A stretch of 64,000 nucleotides of DNA from Vulcanimicrobiota bacterium (GTDB lineage Bacteria; Vulcanimicrobiota; Vulcanimicrobiia; Vulcanimicrobiales; Vulcanimicrobiaceae): assembly GCA_963714015.1 (NCBI GenBank), contig OY970223.1, forward strand, positions 2,944,001 through 3,008,000. The letters are read 5' to 3'. Positions 9,073 to 18,622 of this stretch are shown in pieces. How positions within the stretch are numbered: the first letter of the stretch is position 1; each line of letters opens with the position of its first letter. The position numbers were made by a program, and so were the translations under genes. The notes beneath the pieces were generated by a model that saw nothing but the letters and a program-made list of their open reading frames with translations, ran no database searches and was not told the origin of the DNA.

Positions 9073-9507
9073 CCGGACTACGCTGTTGCCAAACATTTCA
9101 CGAAGCCCGAGGAATCGCGGGCGTTTTTATTTTCACGCATGAATGAGGCCGGCGAACGTTTTCCTTTCAGGGCGTCCGCATCAGTGCCGGCCGATTTCCA
9201 ATCCGTGCGCCTCATTACGTCAGGGCGCTTGTAACTCCGGTTATGTCGGTGGTGGAATGGCTCGTCCTGCCGGAGACATTCGTGCTAAGCCCACGCAGAG
9301 GCGCCAACTGCGCGTCATGGCGAATCGCGATCCAGAATGAATGAGTCGGTCTTATCCGACCACTGGCAGTAGTCGAACCAGGACCCAGCACTGACTGCGG
9401 TAGGAGATCGCGTCCGGCAGTTCCTGAACGACTAACGCCCGGGTTCAGCGCGGGAGTTGAAACATCAGTGATGATAGTACCGTATTTAGGTTTATGAAGT
9501 CGAGGGC

Positions 9508-10233
9508 ATGTTGACCCCCTCGCCGCAGGTCTACGCGCGGCTGGGAGGAGCGCTCTATCTTGTGATATTCGCGCTAGGTTTTACCGCTTTTGCATTTCCC
9601 AACTTTAGCACCGATCCGCACGCGGCTCAGGTGGTTATCGCTTCGCAGAGCCGGCTGCGCGTTTATGAGGCGCTTGAGCTCGTGTACTTCTCGGTCGACA
9701 TTCCTCTTGCGCTCATTTTTTATGTGCTGCTGCGGCCGGTGGACGATAATGTCGCGCTCCTGGCTGCGTTTTTTCGTATAGCTAATGCATTTTTAGGATC
9801 CGTCAGCGTCCTCGGCCGGCTTGTAGTTTTGACGATCTACGGCAACGCGGCGCTCTTGGCCTCACTTACGCCCCAGCAGACTCGCGCAATGTCGATAGTG
9901 TGGTTGTCGTGGCACTCCGATGCTCAACAGATTGGGATCGGATTTTTCGGCGTACATTGCATCCTGTTGGGTGTGCTCATCTACCGTTCGGCATACCTGC
10001 CGAAGTTTCTCGGAGTGCTTCTTCCAATCGCGGGCGTACTCTACGTTGTAAATGCTCTTACCGCCATCGCCGCACCGGCCGCCGCAGATCACTTACTGCT
10101 GCTTGTCTTTCCGATAGGTTTCGTTTCCGAAGCTTCGCTCTGCGTTTGGTTGCTCATCAAGGGTGTGGACTCACGCGGATATCGTTATCGGGTTGAAACG
10201 CGAGCACAGTCCGCCATGGGAATAGCGCCATGA
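9508..10233 (+). CDS. DUF4386-like multi-pass membrane protein
   Basis: ARLGGALYL...YVLLRPVD...FFGVHCILLGVLIYRSAYLPKFLG...E..LCVWLLIKG pattern. Confidence 0.8.
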   Translation: MLTPSPQVYARLGGALYLVIFALGFTAFAFPNFSTDPHAAQVVIASQSRLRVYEALELVYFSVDIPLALIFYVLLRPVDDNVALLAAFFRIANAFLGSVSVLGRLVVLTIYGNAALLASLTPQQTRAMSIVWLSWHSDAQQIGIGFFGVHCILLGVLIYRSAYLPKFLGVLLPIAGVLYVVNALTAIAAPAAADHLLLLVFPIGFVSEASLCVWLLIKGVDSRGYRYRVETRAQSAMGIAP

Positions 10234-11057
10234 AAATCGCTTCCTCCATTGTTGCCGCGATGGTAATACTGAGTTTATCCGGCGTGCCGACGCCGATTCA
10301 TGCTGCGTCAATAATGGTCCCGCCCTCATCGCTGCCCCCGCCGGCAGTCTCGGGATACGCGCCAATTAACGGAGTGAAGATTTATTACGCCGAGTGGGGG
10401 CGCGGCGCGCCAGTCATCCTTGGCGAAAACGCTTTGGGAAGTACCATTGCTTGGGGCTACCTGGTGCCTGTGCTCGCGAAGCACTATCGCGTAATCGCGT
10501 TCGATACGCGTTGTCAGGGCCGCAGCACCTGCTCCTCGCAGAGCCCGACGTACCAATTGATGGCTTCCGATCTCGATGCGTTGATGCACTACCTCCATCT
10601 TCGGCATGCCGCGTTTGTCGGCTGGAGCCAGGGTGCAAACGTGGGCCTCGAAATGGCCATTCGTTATCCGGGGCGGTTGACGCGCATCTTCTCCTTTGGC
10701 GCGCATTCCAGTCCGGCGACTTTCAAGATGCCCATGCATTATTCAGCGACGGAAATGATAGTGGCGCGCTGGGTTCAGCTACAAAACCCCGATTGGAGGA
10801 CGCTGCTAAAGCGTTTCTCCAAGCTATCGCCGACAGAACCGAACCTGACTGCGACAGAGCTTCAGTCGATTCGAGTCAAGACTTGGATCGTCGACGGCGA
10901 TCGTGACGAGTACATCCCGCGCAGCGACGCCGACTTCATGGCGTCTCGAATCCCCGCTTCGGGCGAGCTCATACTTCCGAACACCGGCCACTACGCCGTG
11001 TGGCAGAATCCGTCGTTGTTCGACGCGTGCGTTTTGTCATTCTTGAGATCGCCATAA
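10230..11057 (+). CDS. Secreted alpha/beta hydrolase
   Basis: Signal peptide; GWSQG nucleophile elbow; GDRDEYI; TGHY. Confidence 0.9.
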   Translation: MKIASSIVAAMVILSLSGVPTPIHAASIMVPPSSLPPPAVSGYAPINGVKIYYAEWGRGAPVILGENALGSTIAWGYLVPVLAKHYRVIAFDTRCQGRSTCSSQSPTYQLMASDLDALMHYLHLRHAAFVGWSQGANVGLEMAIRYPGRLTRIFSFGAHSSPATFKMPMHYSATEMIVARWVQLQNPDWRTLLKRFSKLSPTEPNLTATELQSIRVKTWIVDGDRDEYIPRSDADFMASRIPASGELILPNTGHYAVWQNPSLFDACVLSFLRSP

Positions 11058-11104
11058 GCCTTAGAGCGTTACAGCTTCCAAGACTTAACGCCAAAGGAGG
11101 GGTT

Positions 11105-11957
11105 TCAGGGCGTTCGCATCCGTGCCGGCGGATTCTTCAGGTCCGTGATGTCGAATCGGTACGTAGTGGGCCCGACCGGTACGTAAAAATATTTGCCGAT
11201 TAGGTAGTTCCACGATCCTTGGCCGACAGGCTGCGGCTGCCCCGAATGGAGACTGAGCATCAGGAGTGAGGTCGACCTTGGGACTCTCCGTTCCATCGCT
11301 GAGCGCAATGTAATAGACCGTGGCCGGAAGGTAGGTGTCCGCTCTTCCGTTACAGCAGAAGTCATCAAAGTATGCGCGATCGCCGATCGTGCCCAGGAAC
11401 GAATTGTCCGTCATGTCGCCGCTGCTAATCGGGCTTAGCGTCTCGGAACGCAGCAGTGCCGCCTGCATCGTAATGTGCGATCCGTCGTTATAGCCTTCCA
11501 CGACTATCGCGCGAGCGCCGGCAGCGACGATCGCATTGATTCCATACATGCCGACAGCGCTCGAGGCGAGAAGGTTTCCGTTTGTTGAATTCAACCGCGC
11601 AATTTGTCCGCCCACGCATCCAACGTACACATTTGAACCGATGACCGCAGCCGCGTCGGCTTTTTCACAGACCCTCCGATTACGCCAACGTGGCTTTCCG
11701 GTCGATTTATCGATCGCTATGACTCCGCCGGCGTTCCCACTTAAAATTGCGGTGTCGGGCGCAATCGTCAATACGTATCCGCCGAACCCGGGCCACTTCG
11801 TGTTCGGGAAGAGCGGTGCGCCGCGCGGCGGCGGGCTAGGCGCAATGGGAAGCACCGTGCCGACGGCGCGCTGAGGACTTGCGGAAGTGCCGGCGGTTTT
11901 GGCGCACGCGGTAAGCAGTAATGCCGCGAACCCAAGCAGCCGAGCTGCGCGGGTCAT
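11105..11957 (-). CDS. PQQ-like beta-propeller lipoprotein (frameshift near 11270)
   Basis: LLTAC lipobox; GVIAIDKSTGKPRW and IARLNSTNGN repeats; C-terminus continues in ORF 11105..11368. Confidence 0.7.
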
Positions 11958-12031
11958 GGCTCCCCCCGTTTTCTCTAGCGACTTCCCGAGCCTGCCCGAA
12001 CACTCTCTGCCTTACGTTTTTTCGGCGCCCA

Positions 12032-13321
12032 CTACGGTTGCGGCTGCGAGGAAAACATAAACTTGTAGATCGCGGCGATTCGCTTGCAATCACGTACGGC
12101 GGGCGAATACGTGGCCTGCCTGGCAAGCGACAGGGCGACGCGATCCAGCGTCGCGTTTCCGCTCGATGCAGCGACCCTAGTACTCCGCACGCCGCCCGAT
12201 GGCAGAACCAAGACGTTAACGACCACGCGACCTCCCGGCAGAGGCCCCTGTTTCGGTACGGGCGCCTGAACGACTTGGACTTCGTGATTGCATTTCATGT
12301 TTCGGCTCGACGGTGTCAAAGCGGCCGGCGACGATCGGCCCACGGCCGAAGCCGGCGCGAATGCGAATGCCGGCGCAAACGACTGCAGAAAAAGAGCAAT
12401 CGACAGCAGCGCTGCAAATGCGGCGACTATCGCGTAGCGTGAAAGTCCAGTCGATCGATTCATGTGAGCGTCCTCCAGGCGTTCAATACGCCAGACGATG
12501 GGATGCATAAAACCATTTGCGCCGCAAGCGACGAGGTCGCCGTCTTGAGCGCCGCGCACCGCGAGCGAAGCCAAGCTTCGAACGTACGAGTCGGCATCTT
12601 GCGCGTTCGAAACCGCCAAATCGTCGCATGCGGCCTCCCGCTCCCGCCTAAGCGCGCGCAGCGTTAATATAATTGCTGGGTTGAAAAACATTATTGCATA
12701 TACAAGGCGCTCGAGGACGTGCGTCCAGGCATCTCGGCGCTCCACGTGAGCCATCTCGTGCAAAACGGCACACTGCAGTTCGCCGGCGCCTTCATCCACG
12801 ATCTTTTTTGGAATGACGATCGACGGTGTGATGAAGCCTGCCGCAAACGGCGTGCGAATGGTGGTGCACGCAAACAGTGCGACGCCCCGCTGCCGGTCGA
12901 ATTGAGTGCATCCGCGCAAGACCCGTCTCATGCGAATATATCCCAAGCAGACGCGTCCGAGCAGAATCATGACGCCCGCGAGCCAGATCAGGTTCAGCGA
13001 TACGACAATCGAATCACTCAGCTTTATATCGATGATGCGAAAAAGCACCGTCCCCGATGGTCCGGAGGTCGCGGAAGGTACCGGCACCGGTACGCTGCCC
13101 GCCCCCTGGACAATTACCGACGAACCGACGACCGAAAGTGTCGTGGCAACGGGCGTCAGAACCATCGCGATGACCGTCACCTGCAAGACGGCGTGCCGCG
13201 TCGTTGCGTTGAGGCGGCTGCCGGCGAGCCGGAGTATTATGGCTACGCTTATCCCGATCAGCGCATCCTGCCATAAAGAGGCTAATAGTATGTTTAACAC
13301 GGTGCGCTCCGCAAGGATCAT
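12032..13321 (-). CDS. BlaR1/MecR1-type M56 metallopeptidase fused to TonB C-terminal domain
   Basis: HEMAH zinc motif, FFNP, EREAACDD; C-terminal SSGNATLDRVAL TonB-C. Confidence 0.9.
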   Translation of the reverse strand: MILAERTVLNILLASLWQDALIGISVAIILRLAGSRLNATTRHAVLQVTVIAMVLTPVATTLSVVGSSVIVQGAGSVPVPVPSATSGPSGTVLFRIIDIKLSDSIVVSLNLIWLAGVMILLGRVCLGYIRMRRVLRGCTQFDRQRGVALFACTTIRTPFAAGFITPSIVIPKKIVDEGAGELQCAVLHEMAHVERRDAWTHVLERLVYAIMFFNPAIILTLRALRREREAACDDLAVSNAQDADSYVRSLASLAVRGAQDGDLVACGANGFMHPIVWRIERLEDAHMNRSTGLSRYAIVAAFAALLSIALFLQSFAPAFAFAPASAVGRSSPAALTPSSRNMKCNHEVQVVQAPVPKQGPLPGGRVVVNVLVLPSGGVRSTRVAASSGNATLDRVALSLARQATYSPAVRDCKRIAAIYKFMFSSQPQP

Positions 13322-13710
13322 TTTGAGGGCCTCTTCTGCTCGAGAACCCGCAACAATCGCGCTCGGTCCTTATTCGACAACCGCCGGTCTTCCAAGAGGG
13401 TGAGAGCGAGAACTCCAGGAGAATTGCCAAAGAAGCGATCGAGCAGCGTGTCCAGCAAAGACGTCGCAGCGTCCTCGCGCTTGACTTTGGGCGAATAGAT
13501 GAAAGCTCGCCCGATCTTACGATGAGCAACGTATTCCTTCTCTTCCAATGTACGCAGCGTCGAAAGGACCGTGGTGTACGCAAGCGGCGGAGACGAAAGC
13601 GCGGCAACGACCTCTGCGACGGTTGCCTCGGCGTTATCCCAAAGGACGTTCATCAACCTTAGCTCGTGCTCCGTAAGCGTTACGGATCGCTTGCGCGGCA
13701 TCAGCGGCAT
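13318..13710 (-). CDS. BlaI/MecI/CopY family repressor
   Basis: LTEHELRLMNVLW...LAYTTVLSTLRTLEEKEYV...GRAFIYSP. Confidence 0.95.
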   Translation of the reverse strand: MPLMPRKRSVTLTEHELRLMNVLWDNAEATVAEVVAALSSPPLAYTTVLSTLRTLEEKEYVAHRKIGRAFIYSPKVKREDAATSLLDTLLDRFFGNSPGVLALTLLEDRRLSNKDRARLLRVLEQKRPSK

Positions 13711-13723
13711 TCTCCGTGTTTTC

Positions 13724-13776
13724 TAATTACTAGTATTCTAGTAATTAACTATACGCCGAAAGTACCTGAGTGTCAA
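13724..13776 (-). promoter_or_regulatory. Sigma70 promoter with palindromic BlaI-type operator
   Basis: TTGACA(13776-71)-17 nt-TATAGT(13753-48); perfect palindrome TAATTACTAG-TATT-CTAGTAATTA at 13724-13747. Confidence 0.85.
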
Positions 13777-14066
13777 TGCACGAGAAATCCCCACAAAAGG
13801 CAAGAACGAGCGCAACGAAACGACTAAAGCTGCGCCCGCTCTTGTTTCACCGGGAACCTTCCTTTAGTGTAGCGCTCGCAGCGCAAGGCGCAAGTAACTT
13901 TGCGTAGTGCTTTTCTGCTAGCATTCAGCCAGGTCTCGCGTGCCGGTAACGGCCGCGGCGGGCGAGCGCACGACCTATACGTTTGGATAGGCAATTCGTA
14001 CCTTGTCACTCTGGGTCTCACGGCGCAAAATTATACAATTGCCGTTTGCTTTGAAGCGGGGTTCTT

Positions 14067-15614
14067 TTGATGCGCTCACAATTGCCGTCACGTCTCGCGT
14101 TGGTCGCCGCCTTCTCCGTTCTGACATCCGCTTGCAGCCATTCCGGCGGCACACTGCCGACGCAGGCGCAATCAGCGCAGGGCGCTACGTCGCGCAGCGT
14201 CATGACGTACACCCCGCCCAAACCACCGTTTCCGGCCCAGCCTGCTACCGCGGAGCAACGGCTCGAGGCTGCCAAAGCAGGGTGGGTTCCGGTTACGAAG
14301 ACCGCTCCATTCACGGCGGGCACTGCGCTGCTGCTGACGGACGGCAGCATCTTCATCAGCAACAACGAGGCCGACTGGTACCGGCTCATCCCCGACAGTA
14401 AGGGCAATTACGTCGACGGTACGTGGAAGGCCGCTGCAACGCTGCCCAGCGGCTATGGACCGCTCTATTTCGCTTCCGCAGTTCTTCCCGACGGTAAGGT
14501 CATCATCAACGGCGGCGAGTACAACTTCGGTAATCAAAGCGAAACCAATTTGGGTGCAATGTACGACCCCGTCCAGGACAAGTGGACGTCCGTTTCCGCG
14601 CCCAGCGGATGGACTCGAATCGGAGACGCGTCGAGCGTCGTCCTTCCCGACGGCACGTATATGCTCGGCAACTGCTGCAGTTCGAATCAAGCCTGGCTCG
14701 ACGAAAAAACCATGAAGTGGACGATCGTCGGTACCGGAAAGCAGGATCAAAATTCGGAAGAGGGCTGGACGCTTCTGCCCGACGGCAAAGTGCTCACCGC
14801 CGACGTCTTTGACGCGCCCAACTCCGAGCTCTTCACGCCCGCCGCAAAGTCGTGGGCAACCGCTGGAAACCTGACGCAAGATCTGCAGCAGGGGGATGAA
14901 ATGGGTCCGCAAGTGCTGCGTCAAGATCATACGCTGTTCATTGCGGGCGCCGTTTCAGCGAGCAACTTCTACAATCTCTCGACCAAGAAGTGGACGCAAG
15001 GTCCCAATTTCCCGAGCGGCCTTGATTCGGCCGACGGGCCGGCGGCGTTGATGCCGAACGGCAACGTCCTGCTCCCGCTCAGCCCCGGCGTCTATCATGC
15101 CGGCGTCAAATGGTTCGTCTTAAAAGGCTCGACGCTCGCTTCGATTGGCGGAACGCCGCATGACGGCACGAATTCCAGCTACGACCTTCGCCTGCTGGTT
15201 CTTCCGACCGGCCAGATACTGGAGACTGACGGAAGCAACGACGTCGAAGTGTACACGCCCGGCGGGACGCCCAATAGTGCTATCGCGCCGAAGATATCTT
15301 CCGTTTCCGCAACGCTCACGCACGGCCAAACGTACGCAATCTCAGGCGTCCGTTTCAACGGCGTCTCCCAAACGAACGTCTACGGCGACGACGCGCAGAT
15401 GGCCGGCAATTATCCGCTGGTGCAGATCGTCAACACGGCCACAGGCGACGTCAGTTACGCGCGTTCGCACGACTTCAGCTCGATGGCCGTCGGTTCAAAT
15501 GGTACCGTTACCGCAAAATTCGACGTTCCGGCCGGCATCGAAACCGGCGCCAGTCAAGCGATCGTCGTCGTGAACGGAATCAGTTCGGCACCGGTGCCGG
15601 TAACCGTGCAGTAG
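14067..15614 (+). CDS. Kelch/beta-propeller lipoprotein with C-terminal Ig-like domain
   Basis: LTSAC lipobox; repeated LLTDG/LPDGKV..GGE..YDP...W blades. Confidence 0.8.
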   Translation: MMRSQLPSRLALVAAFSVLTSACSHSGGTLPTQAQSAQGATSRSVMTYTPPKPPFPAQPATAEQRLEAAKAGWVPVTKTAPFTAGTALLLTDGSIFISNNEADWYRLIPDSKGNYVDGTWKAAATLPSGYGPLYFASAVLPDGKVIINGGEYNFGNQSETNLGAMYDPVQDKWTSVSAPSGWTRIGDASSVVLPDGTYMLGNCCSSNQAWLDEKTMKWTIVGTGKQDQNSEEGWTLLPDGKVLTADVFDAPNSELFTPAAKSWATAGNLTQDLQQGDEMGPQVLRQDHTLFIAGAVSASNFYNLSTKKWTQGPNFPSGLDSADGPAALMPNGNVLLPLSPGVYHAGVKWFVLKGSTLASIGGTPHDGTNSSYDLRLLVLPTGQILETDGSNDVEVYTPGGTPNSAIAPKISSVSATLTHGQTYAISGVRFNGVSQTNVYGDDAQMAGNYPLVQIVNTATGDVSYARSHDFSSMAVGSNGTVTAKFDVPAGIETGASQAIVVVNGISSAPVPVTVQ

Positions 15615-15625
15615 CGCACGCGCAT

Positions 15626-16934
15626 TTAACAGTACTGCCCGTTGCACCCGGGATGCAGCGCGGCAGGATTTACGCTCAGTCTGGGTGGACCAGAATTGCA
15701 AATTCGAGTCCATCTGATGATACTTCGCAAAGTACTGCGCGGAAGCGGCTAGACGCGCGTTGCCTTGTTGCTGCGCAAGGGTGGCCGCCTTGTATGCATA
15801 ATCCGTCGCGCGCTGCATCTCGTCCATGTTTCCGTTACCAAGCGCGTCCTTGCCCATCACGATGGCGTCGATGTAGTATGCCGGTGCGTAATTCGGATCT
15901 TGCGTGATTGCCTTTTCCGCTTCCAAGCGCGCCGCTTGAAGGTTCGGAATCGGCTCCGTGGCCTCGGCTATTGCCGCCTTCGTGTATTCCGGGCCGCCGG
16001 CCCAGTTGGGATCGGCTTGCGCAGCCTTCTCGTAAAGCGTGACGGCAGCGTTGGGATCGTGCCGTTTTTCCGCGTCCGCCGCCTGCATATCGATCGTGTA
16101 TGCAAGCAGTCTTCCGGCATACGACGGGTCCATCTTCTGCACTTCCGCAGTAATTTTTTGAACCATCGAATTGTCGCCCGACGTTTGCGCGATCGCAAGC
16201 AGCTCTTCATCGATGTTGGCCACCGTGCGTTCATCAGCGGGCGGACTCGCCGTCTGTGCGAGCTGCAGCGCTTCTTGGAGCGAGGCTACAGCCGCCATAT
16301 CATCTTTGTTTGCGTGCTGCGCTACGCCCAGCGCATAGTAAGCGCCATAGTCGCCGTGCAAAAGTACCGCCTTTTGCGCTTCTCTCTGAGCGAGCTGCGG
16401 CTGCGTCGCGGTGATCGTGACCGCGTTGAGCGAGTATGCTTGCATCGCGACGTTTTGGTACATGTCCGGGATTGAGCCCGCTTTGTCAAAGGCAGCAATC
16501 GCGGATGGTATGTCGTGGAGAAATGCTTCGGCCACGCCTAACTGCGCCTGAACGAGCGGATCGTTCGGATTCTTCGCCAGCGCGGAAAGCGCGGCGGCCT
16601 TTGCCGCTGCGAAATCGTTCTCGTGCAGCAGTGTCGCGATTTGGCCGCCGGCACCGCTGAGCGAGCTTTCGTTGAAGACGACGTCGTAGTCGAACAGACC
16701 GCGAACCGGTTTGCCGTTCCGCGTTGCCGGCTGATACCGAGAATGCCGTGCGACGTCGAGTGCCGCGTCGTTATCATCGGGATTCGTCGAACGAACCACC
16801 CGAAGCACCTTGAACGATCCGTCGGCATTGACCTCAACCTGTACCAGTACGCGACCGGCACTCGCAGTCGATACCACGTTGCTTGCCCGGCTGATCAACC
16901 GGGGCGGTGTATAAGGCGCCTGTGCCGCCAACAT
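15626..16934 (-). CDS. TonB C-terminal-like domain plus TPR repeats (probable frameshift near 15678)
   Basis: GRVLVQVEVNADG...AALDVAR..YQPATRNGKPV then TPR helices; alternative frame gives SVNPAALHPGCNGQYC* ending at 15626. Confidence 0.75.
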
Positions 16935-17049
16935 GTTCTGATCCCTTCGTCCCAATCTCAGCGCCCGGAGCCGAATCGGTGTGACTCAAGGAATACGGCG
17001 TACGGCGAAGCGCCCCTAGCAAAGGGCACCGGGATCCCTCATCGGTGGT

Positions 17050-17190
17050 CAGGGTTCACGCCGGCTGGATGAAGCCGATGCCGGCGAATGCAAAACTTCA
17101 ACGCAAACGATCGCGGTAGAACTACAGCGAACGTTCCATGTCAAAGGCTTCCAGCAAGGGCGTAAGGCGCATTACTTGCCGCACGTCCAT
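17050..17190 (-). pseudogene. VOC/glyoxalase-family remnant
   Basis: MRLTPLLEAFDMERSL*FYRDRL resembles the VOC N-terminal motif, with an in-frame TAG and later stops. Confidence 0.5.
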
Positions 17191-17207
17191 GCGGCCTACT
17201 CAGCCCT

Positions 17208-17483
17208 CTAAGCCGAACGTTCCTTGCGCTCGGAGGCCGGAACCCGACGGTCTTCCTTGATTGCCGGAGCCGCCAGCCATTCGACTTTCGATGCGATTCC
17301 CGATGCCATGCAGATCGTGCACTTGCGATCAGTCTGACGGCGCCGCGATTGGCCGCCTAAACGAAGTGAGTGCTGCACGCAGAGCGTGTGTCCGTCCGTG
17401 CAGCGATACGGTGCCTTTTGGGGGCACGGCGAACCGTTCGCTTTGGTGGCGCTGCACTGTGGTAAGTGTTCGTTTACTGCCAT
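17208..17483 (-). CDS. Small Cys/His-rich putative zinc-binding protein
   Basis: CSATKANGSPC...C...CVQH...CTIC in 91 aa. Confidence 0.6.
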   Translation of the reverse strand: MAVNEHLPQCSATKANGSPCPQKAPYRCTDGHTLCVQHSLRLGGQSRRRQTDRKCTICMASGIASKVEWLAAPAIKEDRRVPASERKERSA

Positions 17484-17581
17484 TCGTCCTGACTCGCCGT
17501 TGCAAAAGGCGCTCCTGTAAGGGGAGTGTTCGACTCAAATCACCGGGCACTTTAGAAAGACACGCCGAAGGAACGGGGGAA

Positions 17582-18622
17582 ATGGAAGACCCGACCATGT
17601 TCGATCAGCCCTCCGAAGAACAGCCCCCCGTCCATCCGACCCAGACCGCCGTCGACCAGCCGCAAACGCGCGACCAGCCGCAAGACGCCGTCGACCAGCC
17701 GCAAGACGCCGTCGTCGACCAACCGCAACCGTCTGCTGAACAGGAAAAAGCACCCGTCGTCGAGCCGCCCGCTGTGCCGGCATCCGAGCAGGCGAACGAC
17801 GAACGGCGCAAGCGCGCCGAGGAGACGTGGCGCCGCATTGCGGAAGCGCGAACGAATGGGGCCATCTTGCAAGGGCTGGTGAAGGCCCCCGTCAAGGGCG
17901 GCCTGCTCGTCGAGATCGAGGGTTATCGCGGTTTCCTTCCAGCCTCACAGGCGGGCGCGACTAAGGGAGCGCCGCTCGAAGGCCTGGTCAAGACGACGCT
18001 GCCGCTCAAGGTCATCGACGTGGACGAACAACGCAAGCGCGTCGTCGTATCGCATCGCCGCGCCATTCAAGAAGAACGGCGCACGGCGCGCACGCAGTTG
18101 CTGCAATCGCTCAAGGTCGGTGAAGAACGCGAAGCAACGGTCGTAAGGCTTGCGGATTTCGGTGCGTTCGTGGATCTCGGCGGAGTAGACGCGCTCATTC
18201 CCGCGAGCGAACTGGCCTTCGAACGCGTCGGTAAGCCATCCGACGTCGTACAGCCGGGAGACCGGCTCAAGGTTCGCGTTTTGCGCGTCGAAGAAGGCGG
18301 CAAAAAGATCGCCGTTTCACGAAAAGCGGCGCTCGCCGATCCTTGGCGAGATCACGCGTCGATTCTCAAGCAGGGCCACGTTACCGAAGGTAAAGTCGTC
18401 GCCAAGGATCCGCGGCTGCAGGTCGAGATCGCGCCCGGTGTTATCGGTACGCTCGGCGATCGCGAAGCCGATCCGAATGACTATCAAATCGGCGAGACGG
18501 TCGAAGTGGCGGTCCGTTCGGTGGATTACCGCAACCGGCGCATACGCCTCGGCACGCCGCAGTCCGCGGGCTCGTTTACTTCAACTGGTTTCGCTCCGCT
18601 GGGGATCGAGCTCAAGCGTTAG
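17582..18622 (+). CDS. S1 RNA-binding domain protein (short RpsA-like, about 3 S1 domains)
   Basis: VKGGLLVEIEGYRGFLPASQ and DFGAFVDLGGVDALIPASEL; acidic Pro/Gln N-terminal extension. Confidence 0.85.
   Translation: MEDPTMFDQPSEEQPPVHPTQTAVDQPQTRDQPQDAVDQPQDAVVDQPQPSAEQEKAPVVEPPAVPASEQANDERRKRAEETWRRIAEARTNGAILQGLVKAPVKGGLLVEIEGYRGFLPASQAGATKGAPLEGLVKTTLPLKVIDVDEQRKRVVVSHRRAIQEERRTARTQLLQSLKVGEEREATVVRLADFGAFVDLGGVDALIPASELAFERVGKPSDVVQPGDRLKVRVLRVEEGGKKIAVSRKAALADPWRDHASILKQGHVTEGKVVAKDPRLQVEIAPGVIGTLGDREADPNDYQIGETVEVAVRSVDYRNRRIRLGTPQSAGSFTSTGFAPLGIELKR
17648..17730 (+). repeat. Intragenic tandem repeat (about 21 nt, DQPQDAV)
   Basis: GACCAGCCGCAAGACGCCGTC-like unit, about 4 imperfect copies. 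Confidence 0.8.

Noticed and set aside
9146..9195. Hammerhead-like CTGATG...GAAA on the minus strand
   Set aside because: The conserved CTGATGA core is broken (CTGATGC) and stem III cannot be formed.
9429..9463. attC-like GACTAAC...GTTGAAA
   Set aside because: Too short for an attC, imperfect core sites, single copy and no intI in the window.
13790..14060. Intergenic hairpins and 65-aa ORF 13824..14021
   Set aside because: No SD, recognisable motif or tRNA fragment; not enough support for a gene or island boundary.
16940..17110. 6S RNA-like rod
   Set aside because: No long terminal helix with central bubble found; partly explained by the VOC remnant.
17648..17730. Short direct repeats as a possible CRISPR array
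   Set aside because: In-frame coding repeats with no unique spacers and no cas genes.
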